Positions 1-10,142 are shown, numbered from the stretch's first letter. The stretch is DNA of 64,000 bases from Thermodesulfobacteriota bacterium (GCA_049323655.1 JBMONO010000034.1:45354-109353), one strand, 5' to 3'. Program-made: numbers and translations. Notes: generated from the sequence alone by a model not told the origin.

Positions 1-1643
1 AGCATTTCCTTGTCCAGCGTGTGCCAGAAACGGAGAATGGCGCGGATGAAGCCGACGATAAGGTTGGAGCTTTCCACATGGCTCTGCTTGCGGAGAAAGT
101 GGATCAGCACATCCTTACGTTTGTGGATCTCGTCAAGTTCGGTGGAGACGTCGCGCAGATGGCCTTCTGCGCCGATTTCATTAAAAAAAACCGGCATGAG
201 CTTGGTGAATTGTTTGACCAGGTTGTAGACCGGGCCGACCGGATGGTTGAGCAGACGGGTGATGTCACGCTGGAAAAGATCGGTGTCTTTGACGCAGGTG
301 CCGGAGAGTTTGAGGTTGATGATCAGGGCGGAAAAGAGAGTGGAGCACCATTTCGGCTCCTGCATGATCAGATTGAGCCAAACCCGGATATTTGCCAGAT
401 GGGCCGGATTGGTGATGGGTTGCCAGTCCTGGTCGACGCCGACGACATTGGCGTACTGGAAGCCGAACCGCACCGTTTCCCAGAGAAAGGTCTCCACCAG
501 CCGACTGTTTTCCCGGTGAAAGACTTCGGTGCCGAGCACCTGGATGCACTGCAGGGCGGTGTGGGGGTAGCGCCGAACGTTTTCCTTGAGCAGCTCCATG
601 GCGGTCAGCAGAAAGGATTCGATCTCCTCGAAAGTCTGCTTGCGGATGAGCAGCACCAGGCTGCGGTTGATCTCGCGCAGGCTCTCCTCGTGGATGAGAT
701 AGAGTCCGGAGGTGCGCATGATGCGGAAGAGAAAGATGAGTTTCCGGTTTTCGGCAAAACGGTCATCTTCCCGTGGGGTCGCTTCCGGTAGGGCCACCAC
801 CAGTTTTTCCGGAATTTCCCGGTAGAGACGGAGCAGATCCATATGAGCCGGCAGGGAGAGCAGGGCCTGGAGATTTTCCAGATCATTGTTCACCGGGATC
901 TCGTTGAGTCGCTGCTGATAGGCGCGGAGCTGCTCGTGGGAGATGGCGGCAAAGAGTTTACCGGCGTCCCAGTTGTCACACATGTCGCTGCACTGGGCCA
1001 GAAACCAGGGCAAGGGGTCTTCTTCTCCGAGCCAGTAGTCGTAGTTGAGTCGCAGCACCCGCTGCAGCAGGCGAATCGCCGACTCGATGAAAAAGGATGC
1101 CTCTTTTTTGCGGTACTCCACCAGGGTCTGGGCGATCTTTTTCATCGGATGCTGGCCCTGCACCATGAGCATGAGGGTCTGGCGATCGAGCCCGTGCAGA
1201 CGGTCGAACAGCTCGGCCAGCACACTTTCATACTCTTTGAGTTCTGCGCGGCCGCAGGTGATCATCCGTTCGACATAGGCGAGCAGTGACTCCATGCAGA
1301 GACTGAGCAAGGTTCGGTTCTTGCGGGTCTCCTCCACGGCCTGGAGAAAAATGGCGCAGAAGAGGCGGAATGCCTCCGGTCCCTGTTTGGTGTCGCAGAA
1401 CAGTCCGACGTTTTTCAGGACAAAGGTGCGCAGCCTGGGAACGATGAGATTCCAGTTGCGGTAAGGGTGATGCACCTCGTAGAGGAGCTCGTAAAGGTTG
1501 TTGTAAATTCCTTTGTAATCCCGGATCAGATCAAGCAGGACTGCGCGCTGCGGGTCGATGATGACGTCAGCAACAGCTGTTTCAAGGAGATTTGCCCGCA
1601 GCGCGCTGGAGGTTTCATGGAGAGGGGTTTTGGTGTGATTCAT
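1..1643 (-). CDS. Large Desulfobacterota-type pyruvate phosphate dikinase / PEP-pyruvate-binding domain protein, N-terminal part (runs off the left edge)
   Basis: Absent from the ORF track because no stop lies in the window. ATG at 1643, 2 nt after the gap stop, reads MNHTKTPLHETSSALRANLLETAVADVIIDPQ...EVHHPYRNWNLIV; the same frame near 30-150 reads DVLIHFLRKQSHVESSNLIVGFI. These blocks resemble the N-terminal extension of deltaproteobacterial PPDK. The catalytic domain is outside the window. Confidence 0.6.
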   Translation of the reverse strand, partial: MNHTKTPLHETSSALRANLLETAVADVIIDPQRAVLLDLIRDYKGIYNNLYELLYEVHHPYRNWNLIVPRLRTFVLKNVGLFCDTKQGPEAFRLFCAIFLQAVEETRKNRTLLSLCMESLLAYVERMITCGRAELKEYESVLAELFDRLHGLDRQTLMLMVQGQHPMKKIAQTLVEYRKKEASFFIESAIRLLQRVLRLNYDYWLGEEDPLPWFLAQCSDMCDNWDAGKLFAAISHEQLRAYQQRLNEIPVNNDLENLQALLSLPAHMDLLRLYREIPEKLVVALPEATPREDDRFAENRKLIFLFRIMRTSGLYLIHEESLREINRSLVLLIRKQTFEEIESFLLTAMELLKENVRRYPHTALQCIQVLGTEVFHRENSRLVETFLWETVRFGFQYANVVGVDQDWQPITNPAHLANIRVWLNLIMQEPKWCSTLFSALIINLKLSGTCVKDTDLFQRDITRLLNHPVGPVYNLVKQFTKLMPVFFNEIGAEGHLRDVSTELDEIHKRKDVLIHFLRKQSHVESSNLIVGFIRAILRFWHTLDKEM

Positions 1644-1645
1644 GA

Positions 1646-2650
1646 TTAAAAGGTTTTCTGGTTTTCCATCAACAGAATCAGATCAAGGACCCGGTTGGAA
1701 TAACCCCATTCATTGTCATACCAGCTTAACACCTTGACCATATTGCCGATTACTTTGGTGGAGATGGCGTCCACCACCGATGAATGCGGATTGCCCTGGT
1801 AGTCGATGGATACCAGTGGTTCTTCCGAATACCCGAGATAGCGGTTGGCTCCCTCTTTCAAGGCCTCGTTCACCTCTGACACCGTGGTTTCGCGCTCCAC
1901 CTCCATCACCGCATCGACCAGGGAGACATTAGGAGTCGGCACCCGCACCGCCAGACCGTCAAACTTGCCTTTGAGTTCCGGAATGACAAGCGCCACCGCC
2001 GCCGCTGCTCCGGTTTTGGTGGGAATCATCGACAAGGCCGCTGCCCGGGCCCGCCGCAGATCGCTGTGAGGAAAATCAAGGATGCGCTGATCATTGGTGT
2101 AGGCATGCACCGTGGTCATCAGTCCCTTTTTGATGCCGAAACGATCCATGATGATCTTGGCAAAGGGGGCCAGGCAGTTGGTGGTGCAGGAGGCGTTGGA
2201 GACGATATGATCCACGGCCGGATCGTACTCATGCTCGTTTACCCCCATAACGATGGTCTTCACCCCGCCCTTGGCCGGAGCGGAGATCACCACCTTTTTG
2301 GCGCCGGCGTCGAGGTGGGCCCCAGCCTTTTCCGCGCTGGTGAAGAGACCGGTTGACTCGACGACGTAATCCACCCCGAGGTCGCCCCAGGGGATCTCCG
2401 CCGGATTGCGGTGATTGAAGATCGTCACCTCCTTGCCGTTGACCGTCAGTCCCTTATCCGACTGGCGGACCTCCTGTTCGTAAACTCCCATGACCGAATC
2501 GTATTTGAGCAGATGGGCCAGGGTCTGATGATCGGTGAGATCATTGATGGCCACAATTTCGATGTCCTTGAACAGCGGATCCTTGCCTTGGGCGCGCATG
2601 ATGTTGCGGCCGATCCTCCCAAAACCGTTAATACCGACTCGTATACCCAT
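1646..2650 (-). CDS. gap: Type I glyceraldehyde-3-phosphate dehydrogenase
   Basis: [13 protein letters not shown]-binding motif, [12 protein letters not shown] catalytic motif, SWYDNEWGY. Confidence 0.98.
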   Translation of the reverse strand: MGIRVGINGFGRIGRNIMRAQGKDPLFKDIEIVAINDLTDHQTLAHLLKYDSVMGVYEQEVRQSDKGLTVNGKEVTIFNHRNPAEIPWGDLGVDYVVESTGLFTSAEKAGAHLDAGAKKVVISAPAKGGVKTIVMGVNEHEYDPAVDHIVSNASCTTNCLAPFAKIIMDRFGIKKGLMTTVHAYTNDQRILDFPHSDLRRARAAALSMIPTKTGAAAAVALVIPELKGKFDGLAVRVPTPNVSLVDAVMEVERETTVSEVNEALKEGANRYLGYSEEPLVSIDYQGNPHSSVVDAISTKVIGNMVKVLSWYDNEWGYSNRVLDLILLMENQKTF

Positions 2651-2760
2651 CCCGTCCTCCTTCGCTGTTGATGTGAAAGTCTTTTGGTAAAACCCGTTCC
2701 TGCTGCATGTCGGAGCGGACCACTTTCATTGTTTGGCAAGGCGTTCTCCCTCTGTCTCAC

Positions 2761-3591
2761 CTACTGGTTTGCCATCAGAGGGGCGTTACGAGTGCCCTCT
2801 TTTGCACTGTTTTTCCTGATCAACGTCCGCAGCTGACTGGAACGGTGACGGGCTTCGTCGCATTGCCGGTTGATGGCAAGTGCCCCCTGATAAGCGGCAT
2901 GAGCCCGTTCATACCAGTTGCCCTCAAGGTAACTGCGGCCAGCCAGGCAGAAACCGGTTTCCGGTGCGCCGGCAAACATGTCGGCAAAGATCTCGGGAAG
3001 CGACTCTCCCCACAGCTCACGTGCCATCACTTCGTGTTCGAGCAGGAAACGGAGCAGCAGGGGGTTGCCGGACTGTTCCGGCAACATGACGCGCAGCAGG
3101 TAGGCGGCCCGGCCAAACATGAAGCCGAGGCTGTCCATTTGTCGTTCCGTTTCCCGGAAGATGCGGGCCATGAATCGACTGCATTCCAGCCCACAGAAAT
3201 CCATGCCCTCTGCCTTCATTTTTTCCCCCAGCGGCCCGTAGAAGTGAAAGAGATAGCTATTCTCCTTGAGCTTCATCGCCTCGTGGAAAAGAGAGCCGGT
3301 CAGCCAGTCGAGCAGGCAGCCATGCAACTCAACGGCTGGATCGGCATCGCGCCACAGGTGGTGGCAATCGTCTTTGAGGCGCCAGAGCATTCCCTTGCTG
3401 GTCTCGGAGCCGACGAGCCGGTCGATGTCATCATAGGCAACCTGGCCGTTTTTGAGGTAGTCGTGATACATTTTCTGAAAACCGTTCACGGTCCGGGCAA
3501 ACTGGCGCAGCAGTCTGACCAGATGAAAGTCACGGCGTTCAGCCGACCACTGGCCCGGCGCCGGAAGCCGCTTCTTTTCCGTTAGTGGCAC
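2761..3591 (-). CDS. Conserved hypothetical protein, possible C-terminal TPR-like helix pair
   Basis: 276-aa ORF overlapping the glgA stop by 10 nt and co-oriented with gap; no recognisable catalytic motif. Confidence 0.7.
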   Translation of the reverse strand: MPLTEKKRLPAPGQWSAERRDFHLVRLLRQFARTVNGFQKMYHDYLKNGQVAYDDIDRLVGSETSKGMLWRLKDDCHHLWRDADPAVELHGCLLDWLTGSLFHEAMKLKENSYLFHFYGPLGEKMKAEGMDFCGLECSRFMARIFRETERQMDSLGFMFGRAAYLLRVMLPEQSGNPLLLRFLLEHEVMARELWGESLPEIFADMFAGAPETGFCLAGRSYLEGNWYERAHAAYQGALAINRQCDEARHRSSQLRTLIRKNSAKEGTRNAPLMANQ

Positions 3592-5180
3592 AGGGCACGT
3601 GCCTCTGTGTAAAGCTTCATATATCGTAGCACAATTTTTTCCCAGGTGTAGGCATTATGAATGACTTTTATCGCATCGCGCCGCATTGCCGCCATTGTAT
3701 CGGGTTCCGCGCGAAAGGTGTGCAGCGCCCGGCGCATCGCCGCCAGCAGAGCAGTGCTGCTGTGTTCCCCATAGGCAAAGCCGGTTTGGCCGTCCACCAC
3801 CTTGACCAGCCCGCCGACGTGATGAACCACTGGCAGCGTGCCGAAGAGTTGGGCGATGTAATCGGTCAGGCCGCAGGGTTCGTAACGGGAGGGGATGAGA
3901 AAAAAATCCCCGGCCGCATAAATCTTGTTGGCCAGGATCGAGTCATAACCGAAGAGGACGCAGACCCGCCCCGCGCCAACGACGCTTTCGCTGATAAGCC
4001 GCAGATCCTCTTCAAATACCTTTTCGCCGCTGCCCAGCACCAGCAGCTGAAAGCCGTCATCAACGGGCAGCAGGGACTTTAGGGCCTCGACCAGCTTGTC
4101 CACCCCCTTCTGGGCGGTCAGCCGGCCGATAAAGGTGAAGAGGGGCTGATCAGGACGATCCTGCAGCCAGCCATGGCGCCGGACATGGGGCACCTGCCAG
4201 TTGGCCAGCATGGCAAGCAGATCGCGTCGACAGATAGTTTTGCCTCTCAATTCGTTGTGTTCCGGCGAGTATGAGGCGGCCAGCCCCAGCCGTTCTCCCT
4301 GTTTCGGGTCAAAATCAGCGGGATTGATGCCGTTCGTCACTCCTTGCAGGATCACGCCGCGACTTGCCAGGGTGTGGCCAAGCCAGCCGGTCAGGGCATC
4401 ATCGTCGCTTTCCCGCAGCTCGCGGGCATAGTTTTCACTCACCGTGTTCATCACCGCATAGGGGGCTGAGGCGAGAAAGGGGTCAAAACGGCCGTCCAGC
4501 AGATTTTTGCCGATGACCGGTGACGGCAGGCCGGTGACCGCCTTGGCATAGGGCAGATCATCAACCTCCTGATGGTAGCCGAGGCCGGCATTATGAATGG
4601 TGACGACAAAGCCGGTTTTTCGGAAAAACTGGCGGAAACCATCCCGCTCCCGGGCCATGACCGGCAGCAGGGCCGCATGACCGTCGTGGCAATGGACAAT
4701 GTCCGGCCGTTTGTTGCGGTCGAGCATAAGGGCCAGGGCAGCCTTCTGCAGGAGAACGTTCATGGCAAAATAATCGTAGTGACCGGAACCGGTCCGGTGC
4801 ATGGGATCTGCCTTTTCCTCGGTCGCAGTATAGGTGTAGACCGCCTGTTTTTCTTGGTAGCGGTCGGCCGCGGCCAGATAAATAGTCAGGGTTCGTTTCC
4901 CATTTTTCTGTTTTTTCTCCCAGATGAGGACATCCTCCCGCCTTTCCACCCCGACATAATTCATGTCCACCTGCAGGGTGCGGCCCGGCGTAAATCCGTG
5001 GCCGGCCGGGTCGATGAAACCATAACAGGGCAGCATCACCGAGACATCCGCCCGCTTGACGAGCTCCTCGGCAAGCTGGCGGCAGACGTCCTTGACGCCG
5101 CCGGCGCCGGCCAGGCCGTCATACTCGCGGGTGACGATCCAGATTGTTTCAATGTCTTTGGTCTCTTTCATTGAACTCAT
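3582..5180 (-). CDS. glgA: Glycogen/starch synthase (GT5)
   Basis: HCHDGHAALLP, VVTIHNAG, FIGRLTAQKG, IPSRYEPCGL; the KTGGL motif appears as GAGGV. Confidence 0.88.
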   Translation of the reverse strand: MSSMKETKDIETIWIVTREYDGLAGAGGVKDVCRQLAEELVKRADVSVMLPCYGFIDPAGHGFTPGRTLQVDMNYVGVERREDVLIWEKKQKNGKRTLTIYLAAADRYQEKQAVYTYTATEEKADPMHRTGSGHYDYFAMNVLLQKAALALMLDRNKRPDIVHCHDGHAALLPVMARERDGFRQFFRKTGFVVTIHNAGLGYHQEVDDLPYAKAVTGLPSPVIGKNLLDGRFDPFLASAPYAVMNTVSENYARELRESDDDALTGWLGHTLASRGVILQGVTNGINPADFDPKQGERLGLAASYSPEHNELRGKTICRRDLLAMLANWQVPHVRRHGWLQDRPDQPLFTFIGRLTAQKGVDKLVEALKSLLPVDDGFQLLVLGSGEKVFEEDLRLISESVVGAGRVCVLFGYDSILANKIYAAGDFFLIPSRYEPCGLTDYIAQLFGTLPVVHHVGGLVKVVDGQTGFAYGEHSSTALLAAMRRALHTFRAEPDTMAAMRRDAIKVIHNAYTWEKIVLRYMKLYTEARALCH

Positions 5181-5189
5181 AACCTTCTC

Positions 5190-6275
5190 TCATTCCTCAT
5201 CGAGTTCATAATGCTCGGGGGTCCATTCCAGAGTTTGCAGTCGGAGCAGATGATCGGCCAGCGTCAGGCATACCATCGCTTCGCAGACCGGAATGATGCG
5301 GGGAATGGCGGAGATGTCGTGGCGTCCGCCGATTTTTATCTCCACCGGCTCGTTTTCAAGATTGACCGTCCACTGCGGTCTGGAGATGGAAGGGATCGGT
5401 TTTACTGCCACCCGGGCGATGATCGGGTCGCCATTGGAGATGCCGGCGAGAATGCCGCCGGCATTGTTGGAGCTGAAGCCCTCCGGGGTAAGCTGATCGT
5501 TGTTCTGGGACCCGGTCATCCGCGCTGCTGCGAAGCCAGCACCGATCTCGACTCCCTTGACAGCACCGATGGACATGAGGGCGCCGGCGAGGTCTGCGTC
5601 GAGCTTATTGAAGACCGGTTCGCCGAGCCCCGCCGGACAACCGGTGGCGACGATTTCGACAATGCCGCCCAAGGAATCTCCCTCCCGGCGGACCTGTTCG
5701 ATCCGCACCTCCATTCGGGCGGCCGCTGCGTTGTCCGGGCAGAAGAGGCGGTTTTGTCTCACTGCGGCAAAGTCGATCTGCTTGGCATCAATGCCGCCAA
5801 GTGACATGGTGTAGGCTACCACCTGAATGCCATGAAAGGCGAGCAGCTTGCGCGCCACTGCGCCGGCTGCCACCCTGGCCGCTGTTTCCCGGGCCGAGGC
5901 TCGTCCGCCGCCGCGGTGATCGCGGATGCCAAATTTCATCAGGTAGGAATAATCGCCGTGACCGGGCCGAAAGATGTCCTTGAGGTGATCGTAGGACTTG
6001 CTGTGGGCGTCCTTGTTGTAGATGACCAGGGTGAGTGGCGTACCGGTGGTGCAGCCGTCAAAAAGCCCGGAGAGGATCTCCACCCGGTCCGGTTCCCTTC
6101 GTGGGCTGGCCGCGCCGCCGGTGCCGGGTCGCCGCCGATCGAGATCGGCCTGCATATCCTCCTCGGACAACGGAATGCCGGGCGGGCATCCGTCAATCGT
6201 TGCGCCAATTGCCGTGCCGTGGGATTCACCCCAGGTGGTGACCCTGAAAACCTGTCCGAATGTATTGCCTGCCAT
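5190..6275 (-). CDS. aroC: Chorismate synthase
   Basis: [37 protein letters not shown]. Confidence 0.98.
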   Translation of the reverse strand: MAGNTFGQVFRVTTWGESHGTAIGATIDGCPPGIPLSEEDMQADLDRRRPGTGGAASPRREPDRVEILSGLFDGCTTGTPLTLVIYNKDAHSKSYDHLKDIFRPGHGDYSYLMKFGIRDHRGGGRASARETAARVAAGAVARKLLAFHGIQVVAYTMSLGGIDAKQIDFAAVRQNRLFCPDNAAAARMEVRIEQVRREGDSLGGIVEIVATGCPAGLGEPVFNKLDADLAGALMSIGAVKGVEIGAGFAAARMTGSQNNDQLTPEGFSSNNAGGILAGISNGDPIIARVAVKPIPSISRPQWTVNLENEPVEIKIGGRHDISAIPRIIPVCEAMVCLTLADHLLRLQTLEWTPEHYELDEE

Positions 6276-6296
6276 GATTGCTCCCCTTCTCTTTTT

Positions 6297-6439
6297 GACA
6301 AACCCGTGAAAAGTCTTTTTTCACCACAGAGCGCATTGAGAGCGCATTGAGAGCGCAGAGAAATAATCTTTAATACAATCAGTTAGTTCTGAGCACTCAG
6401 TGGACTCTGTGGTTAATTTTCAGTTTTTATGAAACCATC
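6297..6439. mobile_element. MITE-like element, family 1 copy A (143 bp)
   Basis: Imperfect 19-bp terminal inverted repeats (GACAAACCCGTGAAAAGTC / rc GATGGTTTCATAAAAACTG); flanking direct repeat CTTTTT on both sides; internal CACCACAGAG...CTCTGTGGT palindrome; 11-bp unit GAGCGCATTGA twice plus a partial copy. Confidence 0.8.
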
Positions 6440-7004
6440 CTTTTTTGGATTGTTGCTGCTCACTTCTCCCGCTCTGCCAGCAGGCGACAATCGCTTCGGT
6501 GAGACGTTCCGGCTCCAGTTCGGCGTTCAGGATCAGGTGGGAGCCGGCCCGATAAAGCCCATCCCGTTCTGCCAGCACCCTTTTCACCTCCGTTGTCATG
6601 TCCGCATCGGTCAGCGCCGGTCGCTGACCAGGGGTCGCGGCATCGGCGTTGATGCGCTTGATGATGGTGCGGGCATCGGCTCGCAGCCAGACCACCAGGC
6701 TCGATTCCATCAGTTGCTGCCAGATATCCTGGTGAAGCACCGCCCCGCCGCCGGGGGCGACCACCAGATTTTCCCGGTCCACCAGACCGGTTAGATACTG
6801 GCGTTCCAGGGTGCGGAAAAAGGGCCAGCCGTTTTCCGTCACCATGCTGCTGATGGTGCGGCCCTGACGAATTTCGATCTCCCGGTCCGTGTCCAGAAAG
6901 GCAAAGTCGAGCTGCAGCGCTACCAGTCTGCCAATTGTGGTTTTACCTGTCGCCCGGTAACCGGTCAGAATGATTTTTGTTTTTTCTTTCAGCATACATG
7001 ACAT
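6420..7004 (-). CDS. aroK: Shikimate kinase
   Basis: LTGYRATGKTTIG Walker A, DTD, GGGAV; alternative start at 6995; last codons lie inside the MITE end. Confidence 0.95.
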   Translation of the reverse strand: MSCMLKEKTKIILTGYRATGKTTIGRLVALQLDFAFLDTDREIEIRQGRTISSMVTENGWPFFRTLERQYLTGLVDRENLVVAPGGGAVLHQDIWQQLMESSLVVWLRADARTIIKRINADAATPGQRPALTDADMTTEVKRVLAERDGLYRAGSHLILNAELEPERLTEAIVACWQSGRSEQQQSKKGWFHKN

Positions 7005-7073
7005 TTAAGTCACCAGGTCGGAAGGTGTCAAGAAACACCCGGCGCGGAGACGTTTTTTCTTTACCGTTTTTTC

Positions 7074-7092
7074 GATAATGGTTATCATAATT
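7074..7092. promoter_or_regulatory. Fur-family (Fur/PerR-like) box upstream of the peroxiredoxin gene
   Basis: GATAATGGTTATCATAATT matches the classical Fur box GATAATGATAATCATTATC at 15/19 positions, 43 nt upstream of the ATG. Confidence 0.6.
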
Positions 7093-7135
7093 AAAAAAAA
7101 TCGCTTTATTTACCCTAAACACCTTGTAAGGAGAT

Positions 7136-7753
7136 ATGAAAATGGAACACGCATGCATCAAGCCGGTCGCAGTGGGCGACCAGGTTGACAATTTTACCAT
7201 GGACACTTACCTGCCTGCTGAATTCTGTTTCGGCTCCATTTCCCTGGAAAAATTGAAAGAGGCGGGGAAATGGACGGTGCTCGTTTTTTACCCTGCCGAT
7301 TTCACCTTTGTCTGTTCGACCGAACTGGCCGATTTCGCTGCCAGGTACGCTGAGTTTCAGGCCGCCGGTGCCGAGGTCGTCACCGTCAGCACCGACACCC
7401 AGTACACCCATCTGGCCTGGCGGCGTGAGGAGAAGTCGCTGGCCAGTGCCGCCTATCCCATGGCCGCTGACCCGACCGGCACGGTATCGAAGCTGTTCGG
7501 GGTCTATGACCGCAAAACAGGGCTTGCCCTGCGTGGCACCTTTATCATCAATCCACAGGGAGTGGTCGTCGCCTCGGAGGTCAATTATTACAATGTCGGC
7601 CGGAGTGCGGCTGAGACCCTGCGCAAACTGAAGGCGAGCATCCATGTTGCCGCCCACCCTGAACAGGCATGCCCGGCCAACTGGCATGAAGGCGACAAGA
7701 CCCTCACCCCGTCGGCCAGCCTGGTTGGCAGGGTTCACGAGGAACTCAGCTGA
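7136..7753 (+). CDS. ahpC: 2-Cys peroxiredoxin (AhpC/Prx1 type)
   Basis: FYPADFTFVCSTE peroxidatic motif, ACPANW resolving motif, AAGGAG RBS. Confidence 0.92.
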   Translation: MKMEHACIKPVAVGDQVDNFTMDTYLPAEFCFGSISLEKLKEAGKWTVLVFYPADFTFVCSTELADFAARYAEFQAAGAEVVTVSTDTQYTHLAWRREEKSLASAAYPMAADPTGTVSKLFGVYDRKTGLALRGTFIINPQGVVVASEVNYYNVGRSAAETLRKLKASIHVAAHPEQACPANWHEGDKTLTPSASLVGRVHEELS

Positions 7754-7779
7754 TTTCCGTCTGACTCCTCTGTTTTTTC

Positions 7780-7812
7780 ACCTCCCGGTGGTCGTCGGCC
7801 GGGAGGTTTTTT
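7780..7812 (+). terminator. Intrinsic terminator after the peroxiredoxin gene
   Basis: ACCTCCCGG-loop-CCGGGAGGT stem followed by a T-run. Confidence 0.8.
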
Positions 7813-7928
7813 GTTGTTCTGCGCAGGGAGTTCAGAAAAAACGCGTGACATCTCCTGCCGGGAGTTGTCATAGTAAGCCGTTCATTCCATTTGACCTTTT
7901 AAAGCCAAATCATTGACTGGAGCGCATC

Positions 7929-8624
7929 ATGAGCACGACCCACAAACTGACCGTCGTTCTGGCGACGAAAAATCAGGGAAAACTGAGGGAATTTCAGGAG
8001 ATGTTAAAGGATTTTCCGGTGGATCTGCGCAGTCTTGCTGACTTCGGGCCGATCCCCGAGGTGGTGGAGGACGGGGCGACTTTTGACGACAATGCCTACA
8101 AAAAGGCCTCCTTCACCGCCAAGGTGCTCGGCATTCCGGCCATTGCCGACGATTCCGGCTTGGTGGTCGAGGCGTTGAGCGGCGCGCCTGGAGTTCATTC
8201 CGCCCGCTACGCCGGAGCCGGGGCGAGCGATGCCGACAATATCGCCAAACTGCTGGCTGCAATGACGGGAGTAACCAACCGCAGAGCCGTCTTTCACTGT
8301 GTCATCTCCATTGCCGTACCGAGCGGCCCGGCTCTCACCTACGAGGGCAGCTGCGAGGGAGAGATTCTTAGCGCACCGCGCGGGGACGGCGGTTTCGGCT
8401 ATGATCCGGTCTTTTATTTCCCAGGATTTGCCAAGACCTTTGCCGAGGCCTCCCTGGAGGAAAAAAACCGCATCAGTCATCGGGGCAAGGCCCTGGCGGA
8501 AATGGCGGCGGAATTCGACAAGGTGCTGATCTGGCTGCGCCAGCGGCTGGACGAGGTCAAACCACCCAAGCCGGATCACCACCAGTTTGAGCATAATGAC
8601 TGGTCGCAGCCGAAGATGGTCTGA
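7929..8624 (+). CDS. rdgB: XTP/dITP diphosphatase (RdgB/HAM1)
   Basis: LATKNQGK, ADDSGL, APGVHSARY, GFGYDPVF, ISHRGKA. Confidence 0.95.
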   Translation: MSTTHKLTVVLATKNQGKLREFQEMLKDFPVDLRSLADFGPIPEVVEDGATFDDNAYKKASFTAKVLGIPAIADDSGLVVEALSGAPGVHSARYAGAGASDADNIAKLLAAMTGVTNRRAVFHCVISIAVPSGPALTYEGSCEGEILSAPRGDGGFGYDPVFYFPGFAKTFAEASLEEKNRISHRGKALAEMAAEFDKVLIWLRQRLDEVKPPKPDHHQFEHNDWSQPKMV

Positions 8625-8665
8625 GCTGTCCGGTCGGCCAGCTTCGGACTCACATTCGCCAATCC

Positions 8666-9559
8666 TCAGGGCCCGGCGGTGGACTGCCGGAGGAGAAAGT
8701 CGTAAAAGGCCTTGTAGTGGGCCGGCAGGGTGCGTTTTTTGTGGGTGGCGATAAAAAACTCTCGACCCATCCTAATGCCGAGGTCAAGCTCGACCAGGGA
8801 GCCGGCGGCCAGTTCATCGGTAATGGCCCGGCGCGAGAGTATGGAGGTGCCGAGCCCGGCCTTGAGCGCCTGCTTGATCGAGTCGCTGGAGCCCAGCACC
8901 GCCACCACGTTCATCTTCTTCAAATGGATGTCCATGGTCAGGAGAAATTCCTCCATGTTTTTGCGGGTACCGGAGCCTTCCTCACGCAAAAGAAACGGCA
9001 GCCGGTAGAGATCGAGGGTTTTTCGTGTCTTGCCGGTCAGCAAGGCCGGCGGCCCGGCAAAGACCAGTTCGTCTCCGAGAAAGGGCTCGTAGTGCAGGAT
9101 CTTGGGCTCCATACTGGCGCCGACAATGCCCATGAAAAATTCATGACTGATCAGCATGTCGGTGACCCTGCGGGTGTCGGCGATGACGATTTCAAAAGAG
9201 ACCTCCGGGTATGTCTCCCGGAAGCGAGCGGCAAGGACTGGAAGCATGTAATTGCCGGGGATGGTGCTGGCTCCGAGCAGCAGTTTGCCTCTGACCCGCT
9301 CGCCGCTTTTCAGGACGATCTCGTTGATTTTTTCCAGATCCTCGATGAGCTGCAGGGCCCGGGGGAAGATCAGATCCGCCTCGCTGGTCGGTTCGATTTT
9401 TCTGCCCAGCCGGTCAAAGAGCAGGCAGCCGAGGGAGCGTTCCAGGTTTTTAATGTGTTCACTGATGGTCGGCTGGCTGATGAAGAGCTGTTCCGACGCC
9501 TTGGAAAAACTCCGGTTACGATAAACGGAAACAAAGATACGTAGTTGATGGATATCCAT
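8666..9559 (-). CDS. LysR-family transcriptional regulator (CysL / selenium-metabolism-associated type)
   Basis: N-terminal LysR HTH (SFSKASEQLFISQPTISEHIKNLE), GASTIPGNY, REEGSGTR. Confidence 0.9.
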   Translation of the reverse strand: MDIHQLRIFVSVYRNRSFSKASEQLFISQPTISEHIKNLERSLGCLLFDRLGRKIEPTSEADLIFPRALQLIEDLEKINEIVLKSGERVRGKLLLGASTIPGNYMLPVLAARFRETYPEVSFEIVIADTRRVTDMLISHEFFMGIVGASMEPKILHYEPFLGDELVFAGPPALLTGKTRKTLDLYRLPFLLREEGSGTRKNMEEFLLTMDIHLKKMNVVAVLGSSDSIKQALKAGLGTSILSRRAITDELAAGSLVELDLGIRMGREFFIATHKKRTLPAHYKAFYDFLLRQSTAGP

Positions 9560-9621
9560 GGTCCGGCCCTGTGCGGTTATTGTGGGGAAACGATTGGCGA
9601 GAGCATGCCGATTCGTCGGGT

Positions 9622-9966
9622 TTAGTCATTAAAGCCGATCTGTTCGATGAGTTTGCGCATAATTTTGCGCTCCTCCAGAGAGAGGCTCGTCACCTCGAAG
9701 CCGGTATCAAAGAAATCGGGGTTGATGTCATTGGAGGACCAGAGGCTTTTCCCTTCGAAATGGATCTCCTGTTCCTGGAAATAGCCCTCCGGCAGCATCA
9801 GCTTGAGGATAAAGGTGGTGTTGAGGGGGATTTTTTGCTTGCTGACCAGCTTGATGCCCCGGGTGGTGATGTCAACGAGATGGCCGAGCAGGGCGCCGGT
9901 TTCAAGGTCGTAGACCTCGAGATAGTAGATGAGATGATGGCGCTTGAGAACGCGGGATTTGGCCAT
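9622..9966 (-). CDS. Stand-alone PilZ-domain protein
   Basis: RxxxR-like RVLKR and DITTRG (D/NxSxxG-like) motifs; start chosen at ATG 9966. Confidence 0.75.
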   Translation of the reverse strand: MAKSRVLKRHHLIYYLEVYDLETGALLGHLVDITTRGIKLVSKQKIPLNTTFILKLMLPEGYFQEQEIHFEGKSLWSSNDINPDFFDTGFEVTSLSLEERKIMRKLIEQIGFND

Positions 9967-10142
9967 GGTCGTACCTCGGTGAAATGTGATGGTCTCGCTG
10001 AAACCCGCAAACCATGCCGGGCGGGAAAGGAAAAATAACGAGTTCCATGCACCGCCCGTCGGGATCATGGCTTTGGACGATCCCGACAAACGTCGATGAC
10101 AAGATGAAGCCAGCAGGTACGAATATTCTGGCTATTTTCGCA

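Noticed and set aside
21-1649. Plus-strand ORFs 21-791, 843-1289 and others
   Set aside because: Antisense shadows of the minus-strand PPDK-like gene, which the ORF track missed because it has no stop in the window
6329-6357. Tandem GAGCGCATTGA repeats as a possible CRISPR or VNTR
   Set aside because: Only about 2.6 units, no spacers, no cas genes; an internal duplication of MITE copy A
7290-7325. Selenocysteine in the peroxiredoxin active site
   Set aside because: The codon is TGT (Cys); I saw no in-frame TGA read-through candidate in the genes examined
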